From assembly GCF_009914755.1 (NCBI RefSeq), contig NC_060940.1: 64,000 bases of DNA; one strand, 5' to 3'. Position numbers and translations under genes: made by a program. Under the pieces are notes generated by a model that was not told where the DNA came from, made no database searches, and saw only the letters and a list, made by a program, of their open reading frames with translations. Below, in pieces: positions 12,742 to 29,189 of this stretch; position 1 is the stretch's first letter, and every line of letters begins with the position of its first letter. Source of the stretch: the human T2T-CHM13v2.0 reference genome, Homo sapiens.

Positions 12742-12744
<3 letters not shown>
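11945..12744 (-). mobile_element. Old L1 (L1MB/ME-like) 3' fragment with short inverted 5' piece
   Basis: gagatataattcacataccata...tttgcctattctg...tggtatctcattatggtttt; ORF 12482-12685 shows L1 C-domain remnants. Confidence 0.8.
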
Positions 12745-12787
<43 letters not shown>

Positions 12788-12799
12788 ACACACACACAC
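12744..12799. repeat. (CA)n microsatellite, one TA interruption
   Basis: Direct read. Confidence 0.98.
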
Positions 12800-12839
12800 C
12801 AATTAAGTAAAGCATCTGGCCCTGTAGGCACATTTTCTG

Positions 12840-13950
12840 TTGTCTTTTTATTTTTTTAAAGAGATGTGTATTAGCCTACTTTCCTGTTTCTTTGTATGTC
12901 TTATAATTTTTGTTGAAAACTGGACTTTTAAGATAATATTGATAACTCTGGTATCGCTTAACCCCACCCAAGGGTTTGTTGTTTTGTTACTGTTTATTTG
13001 TTTAGTGACTTTTTTTTTTTTTTCATGTAGTGAATTCTGTGGATTCTGTATTCCCTGCAGCAGTTGCCCCAGGGTCTTTTTAATTTTTATTTTTAAAGTT
13101 TTTATTCTACATCTGGCTTCCTACTTGGCATACCTGGGTCAGTATTATTTAGTGGTCAGCCAGTGATTTGTTGTAAGATTTCCCTAAATCTCTTGCCTGT
13201 ACATCTCCCACCCTTTGTCAAAGTGATTTGTGTGTGAAGGCATGCCTTCAAAGTTCAGAAAATGACAGCCTTAGTTTTCATTTCCTGCTTACGCAGGGCT
13301 TCATGGTGAAGCAGAAGGGAGCTGATTATTTGAATGAGGTGTTTTCCTTTCTAGGAATTTGCAAAGTCTTCTAGATCCCCAAAAATATGTTGTAGCTTTT
13401 CAAAGCTGCGTATGTTTTCCAGTTTTCTAAGAATTCCTCTTATATTTTGATCAGGATCTTGTTTCCTCCACCTTTAATCACATGCTTAGGTAGCTGAGAT
13501 GTTGCCAGCAGATTACTGTTGTTTTTGGTAATGCCCTAGTCAAATGAAATAGCCAAGATGCTGAGAATGAAGATTTTCCAGGGAGCTGCTAGTTCAGACA
13601 AAATGTTGATAGTAATAGGGATGGAGATTTTCATGCAGCTCCAAGGAGGTCAGTCATATCCATTGGCTGTGAAGCCGCTGGCTTTCCATGGCTACTGCAC
13701 TACTCAGTTGAGAAGGGGGGCAGGATGGGAATTGCTCCAAGATAAAAATGCCATAGATTCGGTGTCTTATCAAGGATCAGTAGTTTTCCTTAGAATAGAC
13801 AATACTCAGTCCATTCTGTGGCTTTGGTTAATTTCCAGAGTTCTGAAATGGTGGATATTATATGGTTGGCCAGTATTTTTGTTGTTGTTCTTTTTGGGGG
13901 CTCTGGGAGAGCAAGTTCATGTGGTCCTCACACTGCCATTCCAATAGTCA
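12840..13950 (-). mobile_element. Probable ancient L1M 5'/ORF1-region fragment
   Basis: tttgttgaaaactggactttta and overall composition resemble L1M 5' ends. Confidence 0.4.
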
Positions 13951-14401
13951 ATCTTTCCCTATTGTAATTCACTTTTATACAATATATGTATTTTCTAGGT
14001 ATTTTTCTACATGCTTAAACTTAACATTTAAATGACAAAGTTAATTAATATATAAATATTTTAATATTCAAGGGGACTCTGCTAAACATCACTAATGTTA
14101 TCCAAAAATATGCAATCACTGGAAAGTATATTTACCTGATTATTTATATAGTTCTTAAGTTGGAAACAGTAAGGTATAATGAAAAGGAACATGAATTTAA
14201 GGATAGGCATTAACAATGTGTATGAAACTGGAAAACAGTATAGTGAACAGCATGGGCTGCAGAATTAGTCCACCTTGTGGAATTGAGCTGATTGAAAGAT
14301 AATGTTTAAAAGTAGAGTATCTCACATAGTAAATAATAATGTTAGCTATCTTTATTAAGATAAAATTTATTCTTACAGAGTTGAATTAAAAATTAAAAGC
14401 A

Positions 14402-14700
14402 GGCCATTTATGCCTGTCATCCCAGCACTCTGGGAGGCCAAGGCAGGTGGATTGCTTGAGCTCAGGACTTTTCAGACCAGCCTGGGCAATGTGGTGAAGC
14501 CCCACCTCTACAAAAAATACAAAAATTAGCCAGGCATGGTGGCATGTGCCTGTAGTCCCAGTTACCTGGGAGTTGACCTGGGAGAATCACCTGAGCCCAG
14601 GGAGGTTGAGGCTGTAGTGAGCTGTGATTGTACCACTGCACTCCAGCCTGGGAGATAGAGTAAGACCCTGTCTCAAAAACAAACAAACAAACAAACCCAA
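14402..14700 (+). mobile_element. Alu (AluJ-like) with (AAAC)n tail
   Basis: Dimeric Alu; aaaattaaa flanks. Confidence 0.93.
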
Positions 14701-14754
14701 AATTAAACACAAGCTGATTTCATGACACTACTAGCAAAGACTGACTTAACAGAA

Positions 14755-15055
14755 GTAAACCAAAAATAAAACTCTAACTGATGGACCCTCCCCTCAGGCA
14801 TTCAAAAGTTAACCTGAAAAAGTAGTTCAGGCCATGACCGGAAGTGAGGGTCAGATATGCCTCATTATATGCTCCTTTCTTTTGGAATTCAGGCACAGCT
14901 GACCAGCATTAACATCAATACAAAGCCCTTAAGACTGATAGAACAGACTCTTTAAGTCTGAGAAGAAGCATTTATAATCTACTGTCACTGAAGCCTGCTA
15001 CCTGGAGACTTCATCTTCATGATAAAACCTTGGTCTCCACAACCCCTTATGTTAA
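14755..15055 (+). mobile_element. MER4-group ERV1 LTR, 5' part
   Basis: gtaaaccaaaaataaaactctaa...gttaacctgaaaaagtagttcaggccatga; similar to the LTR at 45330. Confidence 0.65.
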
Positions 15056-16095
15056 AAGACTTATTTTGTCTACATGACATCAAACTAGGCTTCTGTTTTC
15101 CTGTTTATACTATTAAAATTGCCTATGCAATAAGCAAGCTTAAAAGTATAAGGAGAATAATCTAAGTAAAATTATCCAACAACTTAAAATGAAGAGATAA
15201 TCATTATTACATTTTAGCATACTTTTAGTCACATACTTTTTTTCTCCAAGGCAAGTGCATGCATAAATAAACACATTTTAGCATAGTTTAGTATTATTTT
15301 CACTCAGTATTATTTATGAGTATTTAGTCATCATGAAAATTCTTGAAAAATAAATAAGCAGAGAGAAAAATGATGGAAACACCAAAATCCCATTAAGAGA
15401 AAGCCAAAGGAAACAGCGTAAAAGACATGTATTATTATGTATACTTCTAAAATTATTTTTCTAAAGTGGTATCTACACAGACATTACAAAAATATAATTT
15501 TCCTGCCTATATCTTATTTAAAAATTAATTCCATATTGTTGGAGGTAAAGGAATTTTCCTAATCCTTCACTATTAAAAAAAGAATGCTTTAGTGAACATC
15601 TCTGCAAATCAATATTTGTTTGCACCCAAATTAGTTTCTTTCATTCCTAGATACAGAATACTGGATCAAAGAGTAGTAAGTTTAGAACTTATTCTTGAAT
15701 ATAGAAACCTTGTTTCCTAAGGAGAGGGTTGCATCACTTTACATTTCCATTAGCTTTCAATGAAAGCATCCATTTCAGTCCATTCTTATTTTCTAATTGA
15801 GCTGAAATTCACATAGCATACAATTAACTACTTTAGAGTGTAGAATCAAATGGCCTTTAGTGTATTTGCAATGTTGTGCAACTATCAATTCTCTCTTGTT
15901 TGCAAACTTTTTCATCACCCTATAACAACACCCTGTACTCCCCCAGTAACCTCTAATCTGCTTTCATTCTCTATGGATTTGTCTACTCTAGATACCTCAT
16001 ATAGAAGGTACCATACATGTGACCAACTGTGTCTGGCTTCTTTCACTTAGCATAATGTTTTCAAGGGTCATATAAGTTATAGTAAGTATCAGTAC

Positions 16096-16586
16096 TGTCA
16101 GGCCTCTGAGCCCAAGCCAAGCCACTGCATCCCCTGTAACTTGCACATATACGCCCAGATGGCCTGAAGTAACGGAAGAATCACAAAAGTAGTGAATATG
16201 CCCTGCCCTGCCTTAACTGATGACATTCCACCACAAAAGAAGTGTAAATGGCCGGTCCTTGCCTTAACTGGTGATATTCCACCACAAAAGAAGTAAAAAT
16301 GGCCGGTCCTTGCCTTAAGTGATGACATTACCTTGTGAAAGTCCTTTTCCTGGCTCAAAAACCTCCCCCACTGAGCACCTTGCGACCCCCACTCCTGCCC
16401 GCCAGAGAACAAACCCCCTTGACTGTAATTTTCCTTTACCTACCCAAAGCTTATAAAACGGCCCCACCCTTATCTCCCTTTGCTGACTCTCTTTTCAGAC
16501 TCAGCCTGCCTGCACCCAGGTGATTAAAAGCTTTATTGCTCACACAAAGCGTGTTTGGTGGTCTCTTTACACGGACGCGCATGAAA
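16096..16586 (+). mobile_element. Solo LTR7 (HERV-H LTR)
   Basis: tgtcaggcctctgagcccaagc...cacggacgcgcatgaaa; perfect 5-bp TSD agtac (16091-16095/16587-16591); three ~50-bp type I repeats, TATAAAA, ATTAAA. Confidence 0.95.
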
Positions 16587-17221
16587 AGTACTTCATCTCT
16601 TTTTATGGAAAAATAATATTCCATTTTATGTATACACTTTGATTTGTTTATCCATCCAGCTGTTGATGGCCATTTGGGTTGTTTAGTACCTTTTGGCTAT
16701 TATGAACTATTTGGCTATTATTGCTGCTATGAATATGGATGTACAAATACCTCTTTGAGACCCTGCTTTCCGTTCTTTTGAGTATATATTAGAAATTCTG
16801 GATCATATGGTGATTCTAGGTTTAATTTTTTGAGGAACTGCCATATTGTTTTTCACAGCAGCTGCACCATTTTACATTCCCACCAGCAATGTATGAGGGT
16901 TCCTATTTTTCACAGCCTTGCTGACATGTCATTTTCAGTCTTTTAAATTAAAACCATCTTAGTGGTTCTGAAGTGGTAACTCAGTCTGGTTTTGACTTGC
17001 ATTTCCTTCATGACCAATTATGTAGGACATCTTTTTCTGTGCTTATTGGCTACTTTGGAATTCTTTGGAGAAATGTCTAGTCCTTTGTCAATTTTATAAT
17101 TGGGCTTTTTTTTGTTGTTGAATTGTAAACATTCTTTTTATAGTCTGGATACTAGAACTTTATCAGAGATAAGATTTGCAAATATTTTCTCCCTTTTCAG
17201 TTTGTTGAAAAGAAAAAAGAC

Positions 17222-17527
17222 TTTTCTTTTGAGACAGGCTCTTGCTCTGTCACCCAGGCTGGAGTGCAGCGGCACAATCATGGCTCATTGCAGCCTCGAT
17301 CTCCTGGGCTCCAGTGATCCCAGCTCAGCTTCCCAAGTAGCTTGGGAGCACAGGCCTGTGCCACTGCCTCTGGCTAATTAAAAGTTTTTTTTTTTTTTTT
17401 TTTTTTTCTAGAGACAAGGTCTCACTATATTGCCCATGCTGGTCTCAAATTCCTGGGCTCAAGCAAGCCTTATGCTGTGGCCTCCCAAAGTTCTGGGATT
17501 ACAGGCATGAGCCACTGCACCTGGCTG
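17222..17527 (-). mobile_element. Alu (AluJ-like) with long central T run
   Basis: Antisense dimeric Alu. Confidence 0.92.
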
Positions 17528-19271
17528 AAAATGTTTTTTAATGCAAAAAAGCTTTACATTTTTGCAGAATCTAATCTATTTTTAAATTTTGTTACTAGTG
17601 CTTTTGGTGTCAAATCTAACAATCCATTGTCAAATCTGAGGAAATGCAGATCTACTTCTATGTTTGCTTCTAAGAATTTTGCAATCTTACCCCTTACATT
17701 GAGGTCCTTGATCCATGAGTTAATTATTATATATGAGTTAATTATTTTATATGGAGTCCCACTTCATTTTTTTTTACATGTCATTATACAAATGTTCTAG
17801 TATGATTTGTTGAAGGTACTCTTCTTTCTCCATTGAATGGTCGTGGTACTCCTGTCAAAAATTAATTTGCCATAGATATTTGGATTTATTTATGGGCTCT
17901 CAATTCTATTCCATTGGTTTATATGTCTGTCTTTTTGCCAGCACTATGCTTGTTGATTACTGTAGCTTTGTAGTAACTTTTGAATTTGGAAAGTGTAAGT
18001 CCTCTCAGCTTTGCTTTTGTTTTTCAATATTGTTTTGGCTTTTTGAGGCCCCTTACAGTTCCGTATCAATTTGAAGGTTGGCTTTTTATTTCTGCAAACA
18101 GACCACTTGAATCTGTAGATTGTTTTGGGGAATATTGCTATCTTAAAGTTTTCCAATCCATGAATATGGGATGTCTTTCCATTTATTAGATTTTCTTTAA
18201 TTTCTCTCAGCAATGTTTTTTAGTTTTCAGTGGATAAATCTTTCAATTTTTTGGTTAAATATATTCCTAGGTGTTTTACTCTTCTAAATGTTGCAAACTG
18301 AACTATTTTTTTTTTCTTTTTTAAAAATTTCTTTGCTGGTATATGGAAACAACTGATTTTTGGGTGTTGATCTTGTTCCCTATAACTTTGCTGAATTTGT
18401 TAATTAGCTGCAGTATTTTTTTCTGTGAGTTATATGATATTTTCTGTATACAGAATCATGTCACCTGCAAATAGAAATCATTTTGCATGTTCCTAATTTA
18501 GAAGATTTTTATTTCTTTTTCTGGCCGAATTGCTAAGTGTAGGAATTCCAGTAAAAAGGTGAATAGCAGGAGTGAAAGTGGGCATCCTCATCTTCTTCCT
18601 GATCTTAGAAGAAATGCTTTCAGCTTTTCATCATACAGGATGATATTAGCTGTGATTTTTCTTATAAATGCCCTTTGTGATGTTAAGGAAGTTCCCTTCT
18701 ATTCCTAGTTTGCTGAGTGTTTTAATTATAAAAGGATGTTGAGTTTTGTCAAATTTTTTTTAGTATCTATTGAAATGACCATATATTATTTTTCCCTTAG
18801 ATCTATTAATGCCATGTATTACATTGATTGACTGTCTTAAGTTGAACAATCCTTGCATTCCTGGGACAAGTCCCATTTGGTCATAAAGTATAAATACTTT
18901 TAATGTGCTGCTGGATTTGCTTGGTAGTATTTTGTTGAAGATTTTTGTATCAATATTCATATGGGATACTGGTCTGTAGCTTTCTTGTAGTATCTTTGTC
19001 TGGGTTTGGTATGAGAGTAATGCTGGTCTCACAGAATGTGTTAGGGAGTATTTGCTTTTCTAGTTTTTGTAAGAGTTTCAGTAAAAGTGATGAAATTCTC
19101 CTTTCATGAAATTGTTGGTAGAATTTCATCAGTGCAGCCATCTGGTCCCTGAGTTTTCTTTTTCAGGAGGTTTTCAATTACTGATTCAATCTCTTTACTT
19201 GTTACAGGTAGGTTGACATTGTCTATTTCCTCTTGGGTCAGTTTTGTATTGTGTGTGTTTCTAGGGAACAC

Positions 19272-20146
<875 letters not shown>

Positions 20147-20977
20147 TAGATTGTCTAATTTGTTGATATGCAGTTGTTTATAGTATTATCAATCCTTTTA
20201 ACTTCTATAAGGTCAGCAGCAAAGTCCCATTGTTCATTTCTGATTTTAGTTATTTGCCTTTTCCCTTTTTTTTTAAACACTCAGTCTAGCTAATAGATTG
20301 TCAATTTTGTTGATCTTTTCAAAGAACCAACTTTTGATTTCTATGATGATTATTTTTCTCTATTTCATTTATCTCTGCTGAAATCTTTATTATTTCCATC
20401 CTCCTGCTGGCTTTGAGTTTAGTCTGGTCTTCTTTTCAAGTTCCTTATGGTATAAAATTAGGTTGCTGATTTGAGATCGTTGTTTTTTTTTAACATTGCA
20501 TTTACAGCCATAAAGTCCCTCTGAGTACTGCTTTTGCTTCATCCAATATGTTTGGTTTTGTTTGTGTTTTGTTTTTAGTTATCTCAAGATATTGTTTAGT
20601 TTTGTGATATATGTCTTATCTTCCTTAAGTTAACCATTCATGCAAAGTAGTGGCTGGATTACCTAAATACTCAGAGAGTATATAAAACATATGAATAGTT
20701 TTGTATCTGCTTGCTAATGAATGTTTATTTCATTAATGTCTTTATTTGCACAGAATTTGGTTAGAGATTTTCTTTTATGTTTACTGGCAGTAAGGAAAGT
20801 AGTTACCAATGTTTGGTAACTGTTACATTCTTTAATGGCTACAGTTATTGCCAAAAGAACCTAAGACTTATATATAATTAACTTGACTTAGGTTAGTCCC
20901 CAACACTCCCAAATGTATAATTCCAGCATAGACTGCCAGTCTCTGAACTCTAGGCTCTCATATCAAACTAAATGCTA

Positions 20978-22275
<1,298 letters not shown>

Positions 22276-22584
22276 AATTGAAAGAAAATTTAATCCTCCA
22301 AATGTGTCAGACCTAACACTTGTAACATATTTCAGTTGAAATATGGTATTAGACAACAAAAAATACTATATCAATTTATACCACATAAATGTTAGCACAT
22401 CACGATTGTCTACCAAAAGTATCTGTGATAAGTTTTTAATATTTTATAATAAATACATTAAAGGCATTTGTGATATCAGACACTCCAACCACCAGATTCA
22501 AATGCCTGTGTGCTTTTGTCCAGGCTTGCATTATAGTCTGATTTTCCAATATACTTCAAGTACATGTTATTTATGTAATTTTTA

Positions 22585-22922
<338 letters not shown>

Positions 22923-23369
22923 TCAAGGTTGCTTTGTTCTTATTCTCCATGAGAATACTACACTGACATGCAACTTTGATTAATGTCATTCAGGTTATGT
23001 TGTAATTTAGGATCCTGAATTAATTAACAATGCAGTATAGGAGATATATTACATTGTAATAATTCCCATGCATTCTATTTTTAGGCAAGATATTGAAGCC
23101 AACTTTGCTGTCTACAAATACTAGATATGAAGTATTAGATTCTAGCGCTAGAATACTCTAGCTCTGACATCTATTTGTCAAAAATAGAACTTAAATAATA
23201 CATACACGCTGATATAACAGGTAGGAAGAGGAAGACCCACTAGCTGAAGAAAAAAGTCACTGAAAACTTACCTTTCTTGGTATGTGAACATGAGTGTGTG
23301 TGCGCGTGTATGTGTTTTTCTCTGAGTCAACATAACACTGAATTCTATTTCTCTGAAAGGTTTTTATGT

Positions 23370-23662
<293 letters not shown>

Positions 23663-24237
23663 TGAAAGGTTTTAAACCACAAGGAATTTTCATCTAACGG
23701 TAATACCTACAACTCTACTGGCACTGCCCTGAGTCAAGGAAAAATGATATCTCGATGAAAAGAAGATATAAGATAAAAGGACACATTCAGATAATCAATA
23801 TTTTGTGTAACTCGAAGAGAAAATTGTTCCAAGAAGTTGTTAATCTCAAACTGACAGTAACAATATCTGAAACAGTCTGTCATCTTATCTGATAATCATG
23901 GTATCTGAAGCAATACTATACTGACATTAATTAAAATGGAGACAAAGAACACCAAAAGAGAATAAAGGATAAAAATTAGAATATTTTCTGTAAGAAATAA
24001 TAAAAGATTTGACAGGTTTTGAATGATTATAATGTGCCAGAATCTGTGGCAAGTACTTCTTGTGTACTATTTCAACTATTCTTAACAATAATTGTATGAG
24101 GGTAGATAATATTATTATCTTTATCATGAGGAAATTTAAGAAAATTTAAAACTTTAATTTTAATTAAATTAATTATATTAATACATAAATTATTTAATAA
24201 TTTAAATTTAAATTATTTTAATTTTAATTAAATAAAC

Positions 24238-25354
24238 AAGAAAAGTGAAGCTAAGACTCTGAAAGAAAAATATATTCACAGATAGCTTTAATATTATTTC
24301 ATTACATAGGGCTGGGATTTAATTTCAGCAGCCTAATTCCAAATCCCATGCCCTTTAGCCTTTATCATCATCCAAGATTTTGTCTTCAGAAGAAAAAGAA
24401 GTGCAGTATTTGTCTTACTGCTCTATGAAAAGGACTTCTAATGACAAGGAGCAACCTCTCCAATGCCAGTTGCTCCTATTACTCCTTGCCTCTCTATCCT
24501 ATTTGTGGGGTCTTATGATACATGTTCTGGGAATCGGGAACATTGTATACCCAGTCAAAGGTTCCAGCTACCATGGCATGTTTTGACTTTTGTGGCAATT
24601 TTTTGTGATGCAGTCTTGCTATGTGGCTCAGGTAGGAGTGCAGTGGTTAGTCACAGATGTGACTGTAGATCACCACAGCCTAGAACTCAAGGGATTCTTC
24701 TGCCTCAGCCTCCTGAGTAGCTGGGAGTACAGGTGTGTACCACTGTGCCCGGCTAATGTTTACAAGTCCAGGGTGTGCTTCATTGGTGTGTCTAAGCTCA
24801 CTGAGCACACCTTGAGCTTTGGGAGGTTCCTATTGTAGACCTAAAGTTGGGCTGTTGATGCAGTTCTCTGGGGAATGAGCCTGGTTACTCTTGTTGATCT
24901 TTAATGAGGGACGCCAATTTGCTCAGGAAGAGTTTAATCCAGTTATATCCCTGCAGGGTAAGAATATGAAAAAGACACTGTGGCTATGGACTAGCCTGTG
25001 ACCTACACTACTAAGCTGAAGTTCTCTGGCTCATTCCAGATAGTTCAAAGGGTTACACTTGGCAGAGTGAAAATTTCAGGACTGTTCTCATTACTCACAG
25101 GGGAATTCTAAGAGAAACACCATGTTTTTGTTCCACCTGGTGTGACTGTTAAATTACATTTTTAAATAAGAAAATATGAGTAAGAGAATCAGATAAAAGA
25201 CAATTTTTTTTTTGTGAGGAAGATATGTAATTTGGAGAACGGCAAGCTGGATAATAACAGGAATGGCAGAAGTTAAGAAGAGTGAAGCGAAGACTCTGAA
25301 AGAAAAATATATTCACAGATAGCTTTAATATTAAACATATGTCATTACATAGGG
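24238..25354 (+). repeat. Dispersed ~75-bp direct repeat (24238-24311 and 25275-25354)
   Basis: Both copies contain aagactctgaaagaaaaatatattcacagatagctttaatatta...tcattacataggg. Confidence 0.9.
24600..24757 (-). mobile_element. Alu monomer (FAM/FLAM/FRAM-like)
   Basis: Single-arm antisense Alu sequence. Confidence 0.75.
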
Positions 25355-25781
25355 ACTCTAACCTACAAATGATTTGGCCAGTGGCATTTCCTCTTACTAA
25401 CTAGCATGTACATTTTAATGGCCTGTTTCTAATTTTCTAGCTGCCTAAGAGAATCATACATTTGTTATATTGTCACATCTGCCTTGAGTCTTTCAACTAT
25501 AAGTGACAGCTATTTCCTAATCAATGTGTTCTTTGCCCATTAGGTGACTGATAGGTTATTCTTCTTTCTGGTAGCAGGATGGGATGGAGAAAGAGACTGT
25601 GTTCCAAGTATTGATATGTTTGTTTTCTCATCCCAAAATTATCAGAGTAATCAGTATTCTATTAAAGTCAATGGTTCAAGCCTTTTTTGATAAGTGATAA
25701 AATTAACAATTAAAAAATACACTATCACTTGCTTTCCTTTGCTGCTAGTCTAATTGCATTGCTAAGAGGGTTTCTCATACA

Positions 25782-26108
25782 TCTTCTTCTTCTTTTTTTT
25801 TTTTTTTTTTAAACAGAGATGGGGCCTTGCTCTGTGACCCAGGCTGGAGTGCCTATGATCACACCATAGCTTACTGCAGCCTTGAACTCCTAGGCTCAAG
25901 TGATCCTCTGGCCTCATCCTCCAGAGTAGCTGGGAGTATAGGCACATGACATCATATCTGGCTAATTTATTTTTATTTTTTAAAATTTTTAAGGGAAGGG
26001 GTCTCACTGTCTTGCCCAAGCTGGTTTCGAGCTCTGAGCTACAAGTGATCCTCCCACCTCAGCCTCCTGAGTAGCTGGGATTACAGGTGTGAGCCACATC
26101 ACCAGGCT
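25782..26108 (-). mobile_element. Alu (AluJ-like)
   Basis: Antisense dimeric Alu with long T tail. Confidence 0.92.
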
Positions 26109-27242
26109 GATATATCTATTAAAATCTTCCCGGCTATACAATTATCATACTCCCTTGTTTCTAAATGCCAACTTGGGGTAATAATTTGTGTTATTTAATG
26201 TGATGAGACTCATTATAAAGTGTATAGTATTTGATATAAAGTATATCAAATCAGATGGTCTAGCCAGAAAAAAGGCTAGCAATTAAATTGGAGTTTATGG
26301 TCTACTCTGATAATGTGACTATTTCCTTGATATGTTTAAATATGTACAAAAAAGGTGTTCCATGTATCAAACAACTGACATGTAAACTTTTAGAAAAGAA
26401 TATGTATGTTAGATGCCGCATATACATATTGTAATTCTATAAGATATCAATTAAAAAATATAAAGTGATTTTAATGACTTCTTATTTAAATATTTGTTTT
26501 GATCTGAGAACCCAATGCCCTGAATATTCTGGATAACAGAAGATCATGGTTGTTATACTAATTTCCAGTAAAATCCCAGGGACCACCTTTTAAATAAAAA
26601 TTATCAACTAGGCTAGAATATTGGCCAAAGAAAGCAAGTGATGAAATGTATTACTGCAGTGATGATTTTTAACATTTAAATTAATTGCTGAAGTATTTAG
26701 CTAGCTAATTCCTATATATAGAGTACAGTAATTGCTAAGGGACTATTTATTGTTAACAGGATAAACTTAATTGTACAATATCATAATTTGACACCCAGAA
26801 TTCAGAAGTGAAAACAAAAAAGGACAAAATAGATTTTGAATGTAAAAAGACGCCAAAAGATATTATGACTGAGAATAAAGATATTAACATTTAATTTTAA
26901 AATTTGGAGATGTTTTAGGCTATAGTCACCTGACATTTAAGACACTTGTTAAATCATACAGCTTATCCTCTTATTTTTCTGTTTTAAAATTCACTGACTT
27001 TAATTAAATGGATGGTTACCCACATAGAAAAAAGAACATAGCAGCTGGGCTCTGCCTGATGGTAAAATCTTCTCCTGGCCTGTTCAACTAAGGCACACCA
27101 TTTTACTTGGACTTTGGGAAAATCTAGTTTCCAATGTGAGTGGATTTTGTGACAAAATTATAAATCCAAGACCTGTGTTATTTTAGTGTCACTGTATAAA
27201 TGCTCCTGGTTTTTAAACAGTCCTACTTAGTGCTCAGCATAA

Positions 27243-28485
<1,243 letters not shown>

Positions 28486-29189
28486 AAGAAATAAGCTGTC
28501 TTCACGGAAAGCCATAATCCATGAGAGAAGTGGTTAATACCTTTTAAAAGTATGTGGTGGTACTAGGATCTCTAGAATGTGGCTCCAGAAAGAAAGATCT
28601 TAAATTACCCTAAGTGAATAGTATATGGGGAATTTGTGAGGCTCCATGCTCAAATGCTGAGTTCTTAGATTTTTGGAAGTTAGGATCATCACTGTTTATA
28701 GAAAACTTCTTAAAACGACGGTTGTCCTCTTTTCCTGAAAGTTGAGTTATGATTGTGAATAAAGGAATCCACTGACTGACTGTTACTCCTTTGGCATATT
28801 TTGAATTATATCTGAACTCAGTTTATAGATAGCTGATAGGATGAAGTGATGAAATATGTGGTAGACAGAAAGAAGTTTCATTAAAAGAGGTGCTTAGATA
28901 CTTCCAGTCTAGGTAATTATTCATTTTCACGCTCTATTCCCGGGGAATACAGCATAGTGGCTGGCACACAGTAGGCACTTAGTAGATGTCTGCTATAATA
29001 AACTGAAGGTTTGGGAGTAAATAAATTTGTGCAGTTGTTTTAGTTTTCCTTGAAGTCTTATGATATGCCATGTCAGTGATTACGTGGAAGACATCTATTT
29101 GGGCTTTGAATAACAACATGATATCAGCTTACCTAATGGGCTTGAACAAACGTGTAGGGAACACAGGAGACTTGAAAATATGGTATTAT

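Noticed and set aside
13558-13947. 129-aa ORF
   Set aside because: No recognisable domain or splice context; lies in probable decayed L1M sequence
16096-16586. HERV-H provirus
   Set aside because: TSD directly flanks a single LTR; no primer-binding site or internal genes follow
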